Assembly: GCA_964187785.1 (NCBI GenBank)
Contig: OZ076409.1
Span: 51,958,001-52,022,000 of the forward strand
Direction: 5' to 3'
Source: Amphiscolops sp. MND2022
Taxonomy: Eukaryota
DNA length: 64,000 nucleotides
Position numbers and translations under genes: made by a program. Shown here piece by piece: positions 38,501 to 50,935 of the stretch. Positions within the stretch are counted from its first letter, which is position 1, and each line of letters starts with the position of its first letter. The notes under the pieces are model-generated. The model saw only the letters and a list, made by a program, of their open reading frames with translations, did not search any database and was not told where the DNA came from.

Positions 38501-40923
38501 GTAGTTCTACCGACTTTTCGTCTGCCATCTGCAAGACGTGATAAGCCTGGGAGCAGTCTAGCTTGCAGAATAGCTTCTTTCCGGCGAGATGTTGTGCTGC
38601 GTCGGAGAAGGTGGTGACGGGGTGGTTGTTGTTCGTATAGTCATCAGCTATCAGGCTGTTGATCTTACGGAGGTCCACTAGTAGTCTAAGGCGCCCGTTT
38701 GGCTTTCGTTGAGCAAATATGGGGCTTGAGTACTTGCTGAACGGTAGTGTAGTTATGATGCCATAGTCGTGCATCAGGGCAAGTTCCACCGTGAGATCTT
38801 CCTTGAGGTTTACTGGGCAGGGTAGGCTCTGCGTGTATGCAGGCTGGTCATTTTTGGGCGTCAGTTTTATTTTGAAGTCGTGGTTGACTCCAATGTCTAG
38901 GCGGTGGCGAGCGAATATGTCGTGGTATTCGACGAGGATGTCCTCTATATCTTTCCGGTCTTGTTCGCCAAGCTGTGAGTCTTCCCACTTGAAGTTCTCA
39001 ATGATTTTCTGTTCTTCCTGTGGGCTGTTTGTGGGGTTCAGCTTCTGGATTTCCTCTAGTTCTTCAATTTCTCTAAGGATTCGTCTTTGGACGGGGGTGT
39101 GCGAGGAGGGGTCGCCCGGGTTGTCCGTGGTGGGGAACCAGAACTGTTGGGTCGTTTCTGGCTTTTCCGTTGTTTTTAGCAATTCGTTTACATACTCAAG
39201 AGCTTGTTCTGAGTCGTCTTCGGTTAAGACCTTTATTGCCGCTGTGGATAAAGGTTTGAAGTTTTTGGCTTCTTTTGGTGTTGTGATGTGGAATTCGGCT
39301 ACCACTGTGTTCTTCTTGATAGTGAATGGAGTGGGTGAGGTATTCGTGAGTCGAATGGGTACTCTCATGTTATGGACCGTGGATAGGGAGCTGGCGAGAC
39401 CTATGGGTTTGTCATCTGAATAGTTCTGAGTTGGTTGGATGATGCCATTGGTATCCGCGATTGATTTGAAGTTGACTATGGCTTCAACTGTGATGCACTG
39501 GTCTGGGGCCAACGTCGTTTGGTTCGTGAGGGTCACCTTGTGTGGTTTTGGTGTTTGCTCAACGGTGGTGGCGTTTATTGCGTAAGTTAGGTGAGGGAAG
39601 TGTAGGAGTCCTTGGCTGGCGTCCAGTATGGCGCTGTTGTTCTTCAGGAAGGAAAGGCCCAGGATAGGGCCTGTGATTTTGTTTGCCACGATAAAAGTTT
39701 CCTTGAACGTCCAATCACCAATTTCAAACTGGACTTGGATTGTCTTGGTTGGACATTCACTGTCGCCATTTGCGACCTGTAATTTGAAAGGTGGAGGATC
39801 AGTTTCTTGAAGAATATTGTTAGGACTCATATTTTTCAGTTTTTGGAATTCACGTTCGGGCATACAATTGACTAGGGCGCCGGAGTCAATGAGTGCGTCT
39901 ATGGAGAAGTGTTGAAAATCCATTGGCGCGAAGAGCATGCGTCTTTCCTGTTTGAGGGCGATTGCCGAAAATGAGGGTAGGCATTGTTCGCCTGTCGGGC
40001 TGTCGCTGGTCGTGATGCTGGTTAATAGATTTGGGTCCAGCTGTAGCAACATATTGCTCTCATTCTGTTTGTGGTTGTCGGGTTCGTGATTTTCCTTGGT
40101 ATCGGTATGTGCATGGTTGTCGAACTCGTGAGTTAGGGCCCTTTTGATCCGTCTTGTTTTTGGTTTTGAGGCGACACAGGTTTGGGTTATGGGGTTGACG
40201 GGTGTCCCCGGCTTTGTATGTGTCGCATACAGCGGTGGTTGTGGTTTCTGTTTGATGTGGGCGTTGTTTCGTTGGAAGTTCTGGGCTCTGAGGAGATGAT
40301 GGTGATGATGTCATTGAGGCCCTGATTTCGTTGGTGGATGCCGGAGTTCTTGTAGGTGACCTGCTTACGGTCGTGTCGTGGACAAGTGTTTTGAGGATTG
40401 GCTTAAGAGGGTAAGCTGGTGGTGACACGACGACTTGTAGCTCCATGTCTTGTTCGTCGGCGTGGGGTATGGGTGGCTGATCACCATTGTTTTCAGTTCT
40501 CCTCTTGGTGATGTCCTGGTTCATATTCGTCTTCTTGACGAATTCATGGAAGGATACGTTAATCGTCTCTTTGAATGTTAAGGTTGTTTGGTCGTACAAG
40601 TCGGGGCTGTGGTAGGGGTCACAACCGTAGTCGGGATCATGAATGTAAGTCTCGGGAGTGGAACTGGAAGGGAGAGGGCGTCTAGTTGAGTTATACAGTT
40701 GGGGGTTTTCTAAGTACCATTCCGGGCATTTCAATTTGTCTACGGTGGATTTGTTAAACTTTATGAGGCGTCGAATGAGCCATCTCCGCTGCCAGTCGGT
40801 AGATGGTTCACCGGAGCATTCTGCAAACATTTCGGAATCGAGGTTCTTCGGGGGTTCAGATATCGTGTAATATCTGTAGTCGATGTAGTTCCCGAAGCGA
40901 AGACGTGGCTGTAGTAGTTTTTT
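35568..40923 (-). pseudogene. pol: Gypsy pol (protease, RT, RNase H, integrase with GPY/F motif), frameshifted
   Basis: ALIDSGA; KLDCSQAYH and YVDD; MTDANF..EFLAIYFA; integrase Zn finger AHHG..HPG..CTEC; LQMDIV, DKGTQF, LERCH; WTGPY. Confidence 0.96.
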
Positions 40924-42330
40924 GGTTCATTCGTAGTTTGCGTCACGGTTGGTGGTTGAGACATTGGTGCAGTTTGCGGCTGTTGCATTTGGGTAGCTTG
41001 TGATTGTTGAGGGATCGGGATTTTGTTTGGAGGTGTTGTTTTGGGTGTCTTCCACCACGTTGGGCGGTTTGCCCAGTTGGCTCCCGAATAGCAATCTTTT
41101 GTCTCATGGCTCATTTTGCCGCATGCTTCGCATGGTGTATTTTGGGTTGGATTTTGGTTTCTTTGGGATCGTTTGTCCCTGTTGGTTTTGCGACAGTTTC
41201 GTAATAAGTGTCCTGGGTTGCCGCACCCAAAGCATACTCCTGTTTGTTTGGGGGGTTTTTCTTGTTGTTGTTGCAGGATTAGTTCGAGGTTGTTTACCCC
41301 TGTAATTGATGAGCTGTCGGTCGTTGCTAGATCTTAAGTTCGATTTCCCTTTCGAGGTGTTGTACCATTGTTTCATAGGACTCCGTCTCGCGTCGGGCTT
41401 GCTTCAAGACCCTCTTGAGGTGGGGCGGCATCTTAGCGTAAAATGAAGTTTCTATAAACCTGGAGGCATCTTCTCCGTACGCTTCCTGTGCCAATTTCTG
41501 GTACTGTTCTAGGAAGTCGTTGAAGGTTTGTTGGCTCGGGTTAAGAGATAGATTTTCCCATTTGCAGCGTGCCGTTGCTACAGATTGTTGTCGAACATAT
41601 CTGCGGCGGAAGCCTGAAAGAATGTCATTGAGATGTTCACGGGTGGCATCAGTCATATTTCTGAATGTTTGTAGGGCTTCGCCCCGGAGGAGGGAGTGAA
41701 AGTAGTGGATCTTCTCTTCTTCTGTAATGTTGGGGTACACTTTCAAGCTCGTTTGAAAGAGAACCTCTAAGTGTTCGAATTTGTCTGGTTCCTCATCAAA
41801 TGTGGGCATCGTGGTGGACATGGCTTTGGGTAGTCTGCGAATTCCAGTGTTGTGTGTGGTTGCCGTTTGCAACGATAATAGAAGCTTATCTATGAAGTCA
41901 TCAGGATGCCTCTCGCTTGGAGGCGGCAAGCTTGATGATCGTTGGTGGCTGTTTTCTTGCTGGTTCGCGGAAACTCCTGTCATCATGTTGGAACTCACGT
42001 TCCTAGTAGTATTTTCATTTCCCAGATTGTCTATAGGGGGTCGGTTTCTAGTTCGAAACGCAAGGCGGAACTGCACTGTTCGGAGGCAGAGTTAGAGAGA
42101 TTGTCTACTTTTGATGTTAAGTTCTCGATCAATCTTAGGATTTCTCTCTGGCCAAATTCAGTGTCCCTTAATCGTTTAGACAAGCGATTCTCTATTTTAC
42201 TGGAGATATCCTCAAAGTCTTGCTCAGAAAGACTAACGTTTTCGTCATTCGAGTTGTTACAGTTTTCAATCTCTTCCTGGCTAGTGCTTTGGTCACTTCT
42301 CAGTTTCCTTTTCTGTGACTTTTCGGGCAT
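40917..42330 (-). pseudogene. gag: Gypsy gag starting inside the 5' LTR, two CCHC knuckles, frameshifted
   Basis: ATG 42330 (MPEKSQKRK); capsid-like MPTFD..KFE..EKIHYFHSLLRGEALQ; CFGCGNPGHLLRNC and CEACGKMSHETKDC. Confidence 0.88.
41973..41985 (-). other. Primer-binding site, degenerate, tRNA-Leu-like
   Basis: TGATGACAGGAGT directly after the LTR end CA; 2 mismatches to TGGTGTCAGGAGT. Confidence 0.55.
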
Positions 42331-43879
42331 TTTCAAGAATGTATATTCGCTTGGAAAAATTGAATTGAAAATTTTCCTGGTGGTAGTTACAGGCGAGTTA
42401 TTCCCATGCTGTACTAGTTGATCACAAAATAATATCCAAAAAGTTTGAGATTTACAAATGAAAGAATTATCAGCGAACAGGTGAAAACAACAATTATTAA
42501 GAGTGTGGAAAAAAATATTTGAAATAGCGGTCAAACGGTTCGTACAATTATAAAATAACAACTGGTCCTTTCATTATCCCGCTTCAGGTATATATACTTT
42601 ACGCTAGACGCGCGGGATAAATCCCGCGCGTGAATTCACACCTTGTTCAGCTCGGCGTCAATCCGAGGCGGGAAATTTTGAATTGGGTCCGCTTCCTCGG
42701 GATTCGGCGTTCGGCGTCATCTCACTTCTAAGGAAAAGTGGGAATCAACTTTCTGCCGAAGTCCCGATTCCGCTTCGCTTTCTTCGTTTCTTGCCAATTC
42801 AGGACGCCGAACCAAAGTTGGCACTGAAAATTCATGAATCTAGCTACTGAAGCGGGAAAGGAAAGTGAAATTAGCATCGAATAATCCCAAATTTTACTGC
42901 TGATAAATTAAGGGAAATGCTTCAAATTATTAAATTAACAGCACTGATTTCCTTTAAATCAGACAATTATGGCCGTTGATTGGCATTTTAAGTCAAAACG
43001 AACATTAAAATCCTGGATGAACGCCGGGTAACGTGTTTCATTTAGAGTAGCCTGGCCGGTTGACCAGGCGGTTGACGCAACTATACATGAACAAAACACT
43101 GCACTGTGATAATAGTGAATAATAGCACTGGGAGGGTTATTTTACCACAATCTTCTTAGGTTTTATATTCAACAAGGACGGCTTTGCAATTCAGGTAGCT
43201 AGAAGTTATATATTAATTAAATATGTTCGGTCATCTGCCCAGGCTGCTGTCTTATTAGAGAAAGTTAGCGCTTTGCCTGGGAAGTTGACTCAAATATAAG
43301 GTGGATCAAACATATCAAAATACTTCAAATATCGTTGATTAGTATTTATTGGATGTTCTTTTGGTATTTAGCTTCTTTTAAGCTGTGAAAAACTCGTTTA
43401 AATTAGCATCGATTATTTATGGTTGATTGTTCAGGTACTGCAACTGAGCGTGCGTCCCAGCTTCAGTCGACTGGTATGCTGCCTGGGACGTTGACTCAAT
43501 TCTTCAATTTGTATTAACTGCGCTTAAATCTGATTGGCTAATGCGGATGGAACTATTGAAATTCACTGCTGCCGCTGAGGCAAGTCCCCAGTCAACGCGT
43601 TGATCGAATTAATTTCGGTCGGCGCGCTGGCTAGTTGACTGAACAAATACTGCATTCACTATCATTATATAATTATTTACATATCTATGTATTTTAGGTA
43701 CGGCACAGAGGAAGAAAATGTACGTTTGCGCGTTATTTAAATAACATCAGGTTATTTATTGGTCTTATATTTTAGATTTGTTTATGGTAGTTCTGACCTG
43801 TCCCGGTCGATTTCCTCACTTTCTTCTTCAGGCGTTCCTCTTATTATATGTGTTCCGTGACACCTCTGGGGTCGCGACA
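41986..43879 (-). repeat. 5' LTR (1894 bp)
   Basis: Direct repeat of 28452-30343 with a 2-bp longer G run near 42036. Confidence 0.97.
42589..42631 (-). promoter_or_regulatory. LTR TATA box (TATATATA) with adjacent 24-bp GC-rich palindrome; also at 29053-29095
   Basis: TATATATA ~260 bp upstream of the gag ATG; ACGCGCGGGAT-AA-ATCCCGCGCGT. Confidence 0.55.
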
Positions 43880-44010
43880 TATACTATTTCCAGAACGTAT
43901 CAGTTTGCACTTATTTTTTTCTTTTCTGTATTGCCTTCGTTTTGATATTTTCATTCTTTTTACATTTTCCTTTCCTTTATCCTACGTTTCTCTCTTTTAA
44001 ACTATCTTGA

Positions 44011-46018
44011 TGTCGGAGGCTACCGCCTGTGATGGCAACGTTTATCAGGTTGCCCAAGAAGGAGGTAATTCAAATTCTCTGTCAGGTGTTTTACCCATCT
44101 GAACGAAAGTACCTTAGGTCCCCTTGACTATAAGAAAACTTTCAAGCCCTTTGTATATTATACAGGTTTTAGTTAGACTTGTGTATTTATTACACATAAT
44201 TAATCAGGACCTTGTTTTTACCACTTTCAATTTGGACCTAAACTAAGTGTGACTACAGTAATTCCGAGGTTCAATAATCAGTTTTACTTTTGTAATCGTC
44301 CAAGTGTTGCGTTAACATTTATTCATTATTCAGAACTAGTACTTTACCAATTGTCATTGGTTGTCAACTTGATAATACTGTGCTGATTTTAAAGCAAGTT
44401 TAACTGGTGCACGTAAGGAAAAGCGTCCAACTGGACTAACGCTCTAGTTCAGTTGACGCGTGGTCCACACTTGCCAACCAATCACATTGCAGTATCAAAT
44501 GTAAACAAATTCATACTGTAATCAACAGGACTCAATGTCCACTCTGTTGACGTTGCCGCTTATACACATAGAAGTCATTCAGAGCATGAAAGCACTCAAC
44601 CAAGTAAAAATTTGAATCAATTCATCTTCCCCTGATATGTAATGGTTATCAATAGTAGTGTTGCTATTTCTAGACCAGAGTTGCTATCACGGAAGCTGAC
44701 GTAATATTCTACCCTAAAGTCAAGCTAATTATGACCCCGATGTTGTAATAAACAATTGTATCTCCATGACACCCTGTTTTCTGTGTGTCATCGCCCGCTG
44801 AGTATAAATAGCTTGACACCCGCAACAAGAGGGATCATACTAGATCAATTATCAAATTGATACAACACTCTCCAAACCTGATATCTATACTCCTAAATTT
44901 GTTGTTACTTTATACAGTTGTTTCGGACGAAATAGAGTGAAAAAATGATTACCTTTCGCGATTCTTTCAACTGGAATCATAAGACCAAAGAAAAATGTTC
45001 ACGATTGTCCAAAGTAATGTCAGACTTAAGCAAGTTCGCAACGGCCGAAAACAGCGCCATATCTAAGGTTCAAAAATAACAAAAGGACTTCAAAGTGTCA
45101 AAGTATTCTCTGCTTAAGTATTCGAAAAAAAACGAAAATTGGCCCAGTTTGTTGCGCCAAGAGGATCCTTTGAGATCTTTCTTCCATTCTGTCACAAATC
45201 GTCAAAAAATAAGGGGCCCTTTGTTGTTATTTTTTTTTAAAAAAAAGTCACAATGCTGAAAAAATTGAAAAGGGAACCCTATGGGCTTGTCCAGTTTTGT
45301 ATGTGATGCTAAAAAAGGAACAAAATATAGTCCAATTTCCTGAGCCAAGAAGTACAACTTGCGCCCTAAAAGTTTGTAAAGCTTTTGATAGAACTTTTGT
45401 GGACAATTCAATTGCATTGAAAAAAATACTGACGAGCACTCATGACAATAGTCTATTGTTTTAAAAAAAATCGAATAAAAGTATGGACGGAATGTTCAGG
45501 AATTTTCCCAGACGTGTTCATGATAATCATTCCACTTGAGAGAGGTCAAGGTGGACTCAATGTCCGGTGGTATACAAAAAATTACTGATAGAACAGGTTT
45601 TTAGATCATAGTAGATTTTTTAGATCATTTTAGATTTTTAAATAGCAATAGTAGAAGAAATGGCGAAATGACCTCTGAGACAGCCAGAGTGGTTTTTTCA
45701 GAATTAACTTCTGAGATGACAAGGAAACTAAATGAAATAAAATTGAACTAAACTCACAAATTCTACAACCTATAGACGCTGCAATAGGAGACAAGGTACT
45801 TCACCAACTGCAAAATAATCTTGGTGTGTCTGAAACTGGACTGAACGCAAAGTTGGGCCATCGGTCCGCGCGACTACATAGGAACACCGAAGTCAATCCT
45901 AGCATCCTAGCTATGGAGCGAACTCTAAACAATCCAAAAAGGATCAAAATCACGGTAACTCTGTTCACTATAAAAGAGAGTTCCGTAGACTCCCAAATGA
46001 GTGAATTAGGTTTTGACA
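44011..46018 (+). mobile_element. Solo LTR of a related Gypsy family with decayed internal gag-N ORF and a nested insert (45028-45480)
   Basis: TGTCGG...TTGACA; 5-bp TSD CTTGA at 44006-44010 and 46019-46023; TATAAATA near 44803; peptide remnants like the ORF at 53645-54230. Confidence 0.85.
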
Positions 46019-46060
46019 CTTGATATAACCATTGTTGATATAGACTGTTTGATATTTCAG

Positions 46061-46362
46061 CCTGAATCCGATTTTCTTTTTGTCTTATCCGAACAAGTTC
46101 TGACGCAAGACTGGGTTATCCCCGACACCCCTATTTTCGACATTTCAATCCCAAGGTGCAAAATCAAGTTTCGAGCCTCGGAAATGATTCCTCGACGCAA
46201 ACAGTACATTGTTTATGAGGTCAATTTCGACGTCATCAAATCCAGAGGGTCTCTTGAAAGATCGTCTAGTACCAGAAGAGCCACCAATGACAGCGCGAAT
46301 TCCAAGGAAAAGCCGAAACCAGATAGCAACGTCAAAATACACTCATCTCGGCTGATATACAA
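46061..46362 (+). CDS. SNX19-like exon, PX domain start
   Basis: TTTCAG acceptor, AA|GTGAGT donor; DISIPRC...KQYIVYEVNFD...RLIYK. Confidence 0.8.
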
Positions 46363-46620
46363 GTGAGTTGAATTTCAAGTCAATAATATTTTCTTGAAAT
46401 AAAAATAAAAAATGCTTCATTGTAAAAAGAAAGCTCGTTTAAGATTCTATTGATTTTTTGTAGATTTATCCTTCAACAGTATCCTATACAAATTGAACTT
46501 TTCTAGACTATCAAGACCAATTTCAATCAAATGCTACATTAATTTATTCCGACGTTGTCTAGATTCAAACTGCTTGAATCAAAAGCAAAGGAAGCTATAA
46601 ACTTTGAAGATGTTCCATGA

Positions 46621-47263
46621 TTTTTGGTCGATGCTTCATGAAGTGAAACGCGACTATAATAGTGACGCTCTTTTATTTTTTTCTCCACACGAACTGGTCA
46701 AAATAGTTCTACAATGTTCTTCAAATTTTAAGGTGCCAAATTATATCATTTGGACCAGAGAACTGAACTATAATAGTTGCTCCTTTTTCAGCCTAACATA
46801 CAATACAAGACGAGATTAAAGAGCCCCTTGAATTTTTTGGCACTGTGACTTATTTTCAAAAAATGTTTCAATATCTCAAAGGGTTCCCTTTCACTTTGTT
46901 GATATTTTGCAATAGAATGGATGTTTAAAAATTCCAAATGGTCCCCTTTTATACTTTTTGGCACTATGAGACTGTTCAAATTTCTCAGTTTTCTTCAGAA
47001 ATTAGGTTTCCCCCAATAAATTTGTACCCAAAAAATTTTTTCATTGTTATCCGAATGTTTGACGTTTTATCCGCAGTAAGTTGCTTTTCACTAAAGAGGA
47101 AGACTTCGCGCTAAATAAAGCAACGCGACAGGGGCCCGATGCGCCAGTTCGGTCCCTTTTTGGGTTTTTTGGGTACTGTGGAAGAAAATACTTGACGCTT
47201 TGAATTCCTTTTGCTACTTTTGAGTATAAGCAAGGCGCCGACTTATGCCGTTCACGACTTGTT
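46621..47263 (+). mobile_element. Non-autonomous dispersed repeat, Helentron/HINE-like; partial copies at 52928-53318 (+) and 45028-45480 (-)
   Basis: Shared GCTTCATxAAGTGAAACGCGACTAT head; T-rich start; CTTGTT end; no TSD or TIR seen. Confidence 0.55.
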
Positions 47264-47267
47264 TCAG

Positions 47268-47408
47268 GCGTTTCAGAGATTTCCTTCTCCTCCACACAGC
47301 TCTTTGTGACGACCCTAGAATGGCCTTTTACGTATCTCAAATAACCACACCCCATTTTTTGGTTCTACCTTACACCCCCTACTCAAAACGAATTCTGGAG
47401 CACCGAAG
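47268..47408 (+). CDS. SNX19-like exon, PX core
   Basis: Joins as YKRFRDFLLLHTAL...PYTPYSKRILEHRR (PX RRY/FxxFxxLH motif); phases 2/2 match neighbours. Confidence 0.88.
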
Positions 47409-47695
47409 GTTTGTGGCAACTTTCAGGAACCAAACAAAAATCAAAAAGTCAGTTCGTTGCAGATATTAAGCTTAAACTTGGCCAATTTGATTGTCTTTTG
47501 ATCGTAATGCCAGTGAAAACAGTGATTTGGAAAATAGTTTCACCTAGAAAAAAGCCTTCTAAAGTTTCAATTACATTCATTTTATTACCGAAGGGAGGGG
47601 TTGATAACTGGAGAAAGTTTCGAAATTTTGTATCTTCAATTTTGTAAACATAAAACGAAATGTTAAAAAATCCCACAGAAACTTTTCGTTATAAC

Positions 47696-48240
47696 TGTCA
47701 TTTTCAAGAAAACGCTTGCTCCTCCGCTGCAGATAAATTTTGTACTGATAGGAATTAAAAGATGTATGGTCCCTGATCTGTATCTTCACAAGCAGGTCTA
47801 GATTTCTTCGTTGTTAAATTTGTTGGAGTTCAATCCGGTTGATCACTGAGATTTTGACTGCAAGAGGACGAACCCGTCTTAGAATTGTTTTCTCGCATCA
47901 AGATGTTTTCCACTTCACTATGAATCTGATGAATGAATCTATCATTTATCGCAGAACCAATGGCCCTTTTTATCTGTGTTTGTATGACATTCATGTGCGA
48001 ATCCCCTTCCTGAGATTCAATCCTCCAGAAAGTATCTCTATCCATTCCAAAACCTTGTGCGGTCTAATTTTCTCAGATCTATGCCAATGTTTCTGATTTC
48101 ATTTTTTAGCAAAAACATTCTCTGCATGTTGTGATTGTTTCAGGTTCTCCGCGTCCTTCGGAGGCATTGGCCTTACTTTCGAGTTCCCTCTGTGGAGTTT
48201 AGGTTGCTCTCACTAAGCATAATATCCAATTGCTAATAAT
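47696..48240 (-). mobile_element. Decayed LTR fragment encoding a gag-N-like peptide
   Basis: MNVIQTQIKRAIGSAINDRFIHQI resembles MNSVNVQIQRAISEAISTQVLPQI in ORF 53628..54230; right boundary uncertain. Confidence 0.65.
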
Positions 48241-48649
48241 GGCATGTCATGTCAATTTCCCTTTGGCCGCTTACTTGAAACGTTTGAATTCTTGTCAAAG
48301 GCATTCAAAAGAAAATTCAGGAAAATATTTAATTTGTTTCCCTATCCGTGGTATTAGTTTTTTGTTAACGCTGATTTAAAATTAGTATGTCGTCAACAGA
48401 GATTTCGGGTCTAAATGTATTCAACAGAATGACATACACTTCCTTGGTGATCATGCTACTTTAAATAGCGCCTTCCATCTACAATTAGCAACGTCGATTA
48501 CGTCAAAGAGCTAAATATAGCCTCAAATGGGTGCTTCTTTATACAGGTTTACCTGATGTATCTGATGAGTACATGTAAAGGTGGACTAACTAGTCAATTA
48601 TAAATCTAAAACAACGTATAAAAACAAGGACAACTGAACGGCGGCTATT

Positions 48650-48744
48650 CACAAGTCCGAAAATAAATTTGGGTTGCACAAGTCCGAAAGTAAATTTGGG
48701 TTGCACAAGTCCGAAAATGAATTTGGGTTGCACAAGTCCGAAAA
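48650..48744. repeat. 27-bp minisatellite, 3.5 copies
   Basis: CACAAGTCCGAAAATAAATTTGGGTTG unit. Confidence 0.95.
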
Positions 48745-48754
48745 GATACTTATC

Positions 48755-48881
48755 ATATTTGTTGTATGGCTCGATCGCTTCGCTCCCTTCGCGAAGTAGC
48801 AACATTGAGGCATGGAAATATAGCACGTCGCTCCGCTTCGCTCCTGCATTTAGGGCACTAGGAGTATGTGAACATAGCTGA
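48755..48881. repeat. ~125-bp dispersed repeat; second copy at 57083-57214
   Basis: ATATTTGTTGTATGGCTCG...CTCCTGCATTTAGGGCACTAGG...CATAGCTGA in both. Confidence 0.85.
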
Positions 48882-49699
48882 CTAGGGGAAATTGAACAAT
48901 TCATTTTTTTCATCTTTGAACGGGCTTCGTTCCGGTTCGACTCAATCAGATTGGACGAGTGAAGAAAACTACGTTTGAACGACGGTGGGATTTCTGAAAT
49001 CGTATTCGACGAAAATAATTAATGACTTGTGACCCGACACCCAACTGAGCATCAACATGTGAAAACTTCATAAAATAAACGGACTTCACAGTCCTTTGTA
49101 CATGATTTACGTACATCTTTACATTTCACTTCAAGGATGGTACCACTGCACTTTGATTATTTGGAATTTTTGCTGCCAGTACCGCCGGCAATATTTGGCA
49201 GACAAACACTCGAACTCGTTTCCGTACTTACTGTCAGTAACCATGCTGTTACGCCTGACGTCTAATGGAGTAAAGGTACCTCCCAATTTTACAGTATTGA
49301 ATACCATGAAATGAAAGAAAAGTATAAAATAAGGTTTCTAGTTTCATTTATGCTCTCAACTTTTAACTTCTCTCTTGGCAGTGTTATTTCTTTACCCCTA
49401 TTCTTTAGCTTAGCGCAATAGATCCGTGAAGGGCTTTTTGCTCTGTGTACATTATTGAAAATAGGTTGCAATCACAGGCGACCGCCTGGGACTTTCGACA
49501 AGGCAATAACTATTGTTTTGGGTAGCTTGCTTCTTTGTAGACTTCATAATGCATTCTCCTCAATTCTGGAAATACCACCGTTAAGTTATAGTTTCACCCA
49601 TAGCCGCATAGCAAGAAATATAATTCCGTGTAATTTCGAGAAAAGCCGTTCTTTAACCTTTTCTTTCTTTCTCCGGAATCTAAAGAACTATATTTTAAG

Positions 49700-49867
49700 G
49701 TTGGTGCTTGAACGATACTTGCAACATCTGGCAGCTTCTAACATGGTTTGTGAATGCTCACCGTTCCTCGAATTTCTGGGTTTGAGTCAATGCTGCAACG
49801 ACTGTTCTTCAGAAACAGGCTCTGATTCATCAGAATTCAAGAAACAGTATCCTCTCACTAAAACAAG
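49700..49867 (+). CDS. SNX19-like exon, PX C-terminal helices
   Basis: RRLVLERYLQHLAASNMVCECSPFLEFLG (PX RxxxLxxYL...FL motif); phases 2/2. Confidence 0.85.
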
Positions 49868-50079
49868 GTTACATCAAAAACTGTTTTTATGTCAGTGAAT
49901 TCAAGACAGAAAAAATGCTACATGCTTGTTCAGCATACTCTTACGGAGAAATATTAGGTTTCATGTTGCAGAAAAAGGAATAAAATGAACTGAAATGTTT
50001 CAAGTATCCAAATTTTTCACCATTTGTTGTGAAGTTTGTACAAGACGTGGGCGTTTTTGTGGTTATGAGTTTCCAAAGA

Positions 50080-50812
50080 GTTCGAGAAAAACATATAGGT
50101 AAATAGCTAAATCTTGCATCAAAAAAGTTGGCCCGTTTTTCTCCATTAAAAGGATAGGATGAAACGCAAAATTTTCAATTTCTAGAACTCTTTTTACAAG
50201 CTTGTTTTTTAATCCCGATTTGCAACAGACGTCTGAAATAAGGAAGGATGCTTTGGCAAGGCTATGAAGTCCGAGAAAATGTGGAACGCTTTCCCAATAA
50301 AACCTCCGCTACTTTTATAGAATATCGATAAGCTTCATGAATTGTTTTTCCGAATAAATGCACAATAACTCAAATCCTACTACTACAAAACACTTGAACT
50401 TGGAATGAAAATGGTATGACGCCTAGCAACGTTTTCGCTTTTTTCCTGGGCTACAAATACAACCAGTTTTCAGTTTTGCACCTTCATTTCTATCTGTATT
50501 TACGTGTAAATTTACACAGTTAACTGCTTTGGAAATAGATTTACTAGTTTCCTGTTTCCATCAAGATTTCGAGTAGTTTTTGCGTTGACTGTGTCTGTTG
50601 ACTTTCAATTGGCATTTGCCCACAGATCGTTAACCGGTTCCAATGAACTCTGTGTTCTTCTTAGATTGCACGTTTTTGCAGGTATAAGTTTCAACAATGT
50701 TCGAGAAAAAAAACATAGCTAAATAGCCAGCTCTAGCATCGAAAAATGTGGCTCGTTCTTCTCCATAAGATGAAACGCAAAATTTTCAATTTCTAGAACT
50801 CTTTTTGCAAGC
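50080..50812. repeat. Degenerate direct repeat, ~120 bp (50080-50203 and 50699-50813)
   Basis: GTTCGAGAAAAA...GATGAAACGCAAAATTTTCAATTTCTAGAACTCTTTTT in both. Confidence 0.8.
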
Positions 50813-50845
50813 TCGTAGTCATTGGCTATATAGCCCCTATATAGC

Positions 50846-50935
50846 CCCAAAAAAATTCAGCAGCAACATATTTTTGAGGTTTGAGCGTATATACGCTCAA
50901 ACCTCAAGAATATGTTGCTGCTGAATTTTTTTGGG
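50846..50935. repeat. 90-bp spacerless palindrome, 1 mismatch
   Basis: CCCAAAAAAATTCAGCAGCAACATA...GCGTAT|ATACGC...TATGTTGCTGCTGAATTTTTTTGGG. Confidence 0.95.

Larger units (their letters stand above)
28452..43879 (-). mobile_element. Full-length 15.4-kb Ty3/Gypsy LTR retrotransposon carrying an antisense spliced gene
   Basis: LTRs 28452-30343 and 41986-43879 with TG..CA ends; TSD TATAC at 28447-28451 and 43880-43884; gag then PR-RT-RH-IN order. Confidence 0.97.

Noticed and set aside
38791..39423. 210-aa + strand ORF and similar antisense ORFs (28343..28885, 41942..42421)
   Set aside because: Shadow frames of pol/gag with no independent features
48650..48744. CRISPR-like short repeats
   Set aside because: Head-to-tail 27-bp units with no unique spacers, no cas genes, eukaryotic context
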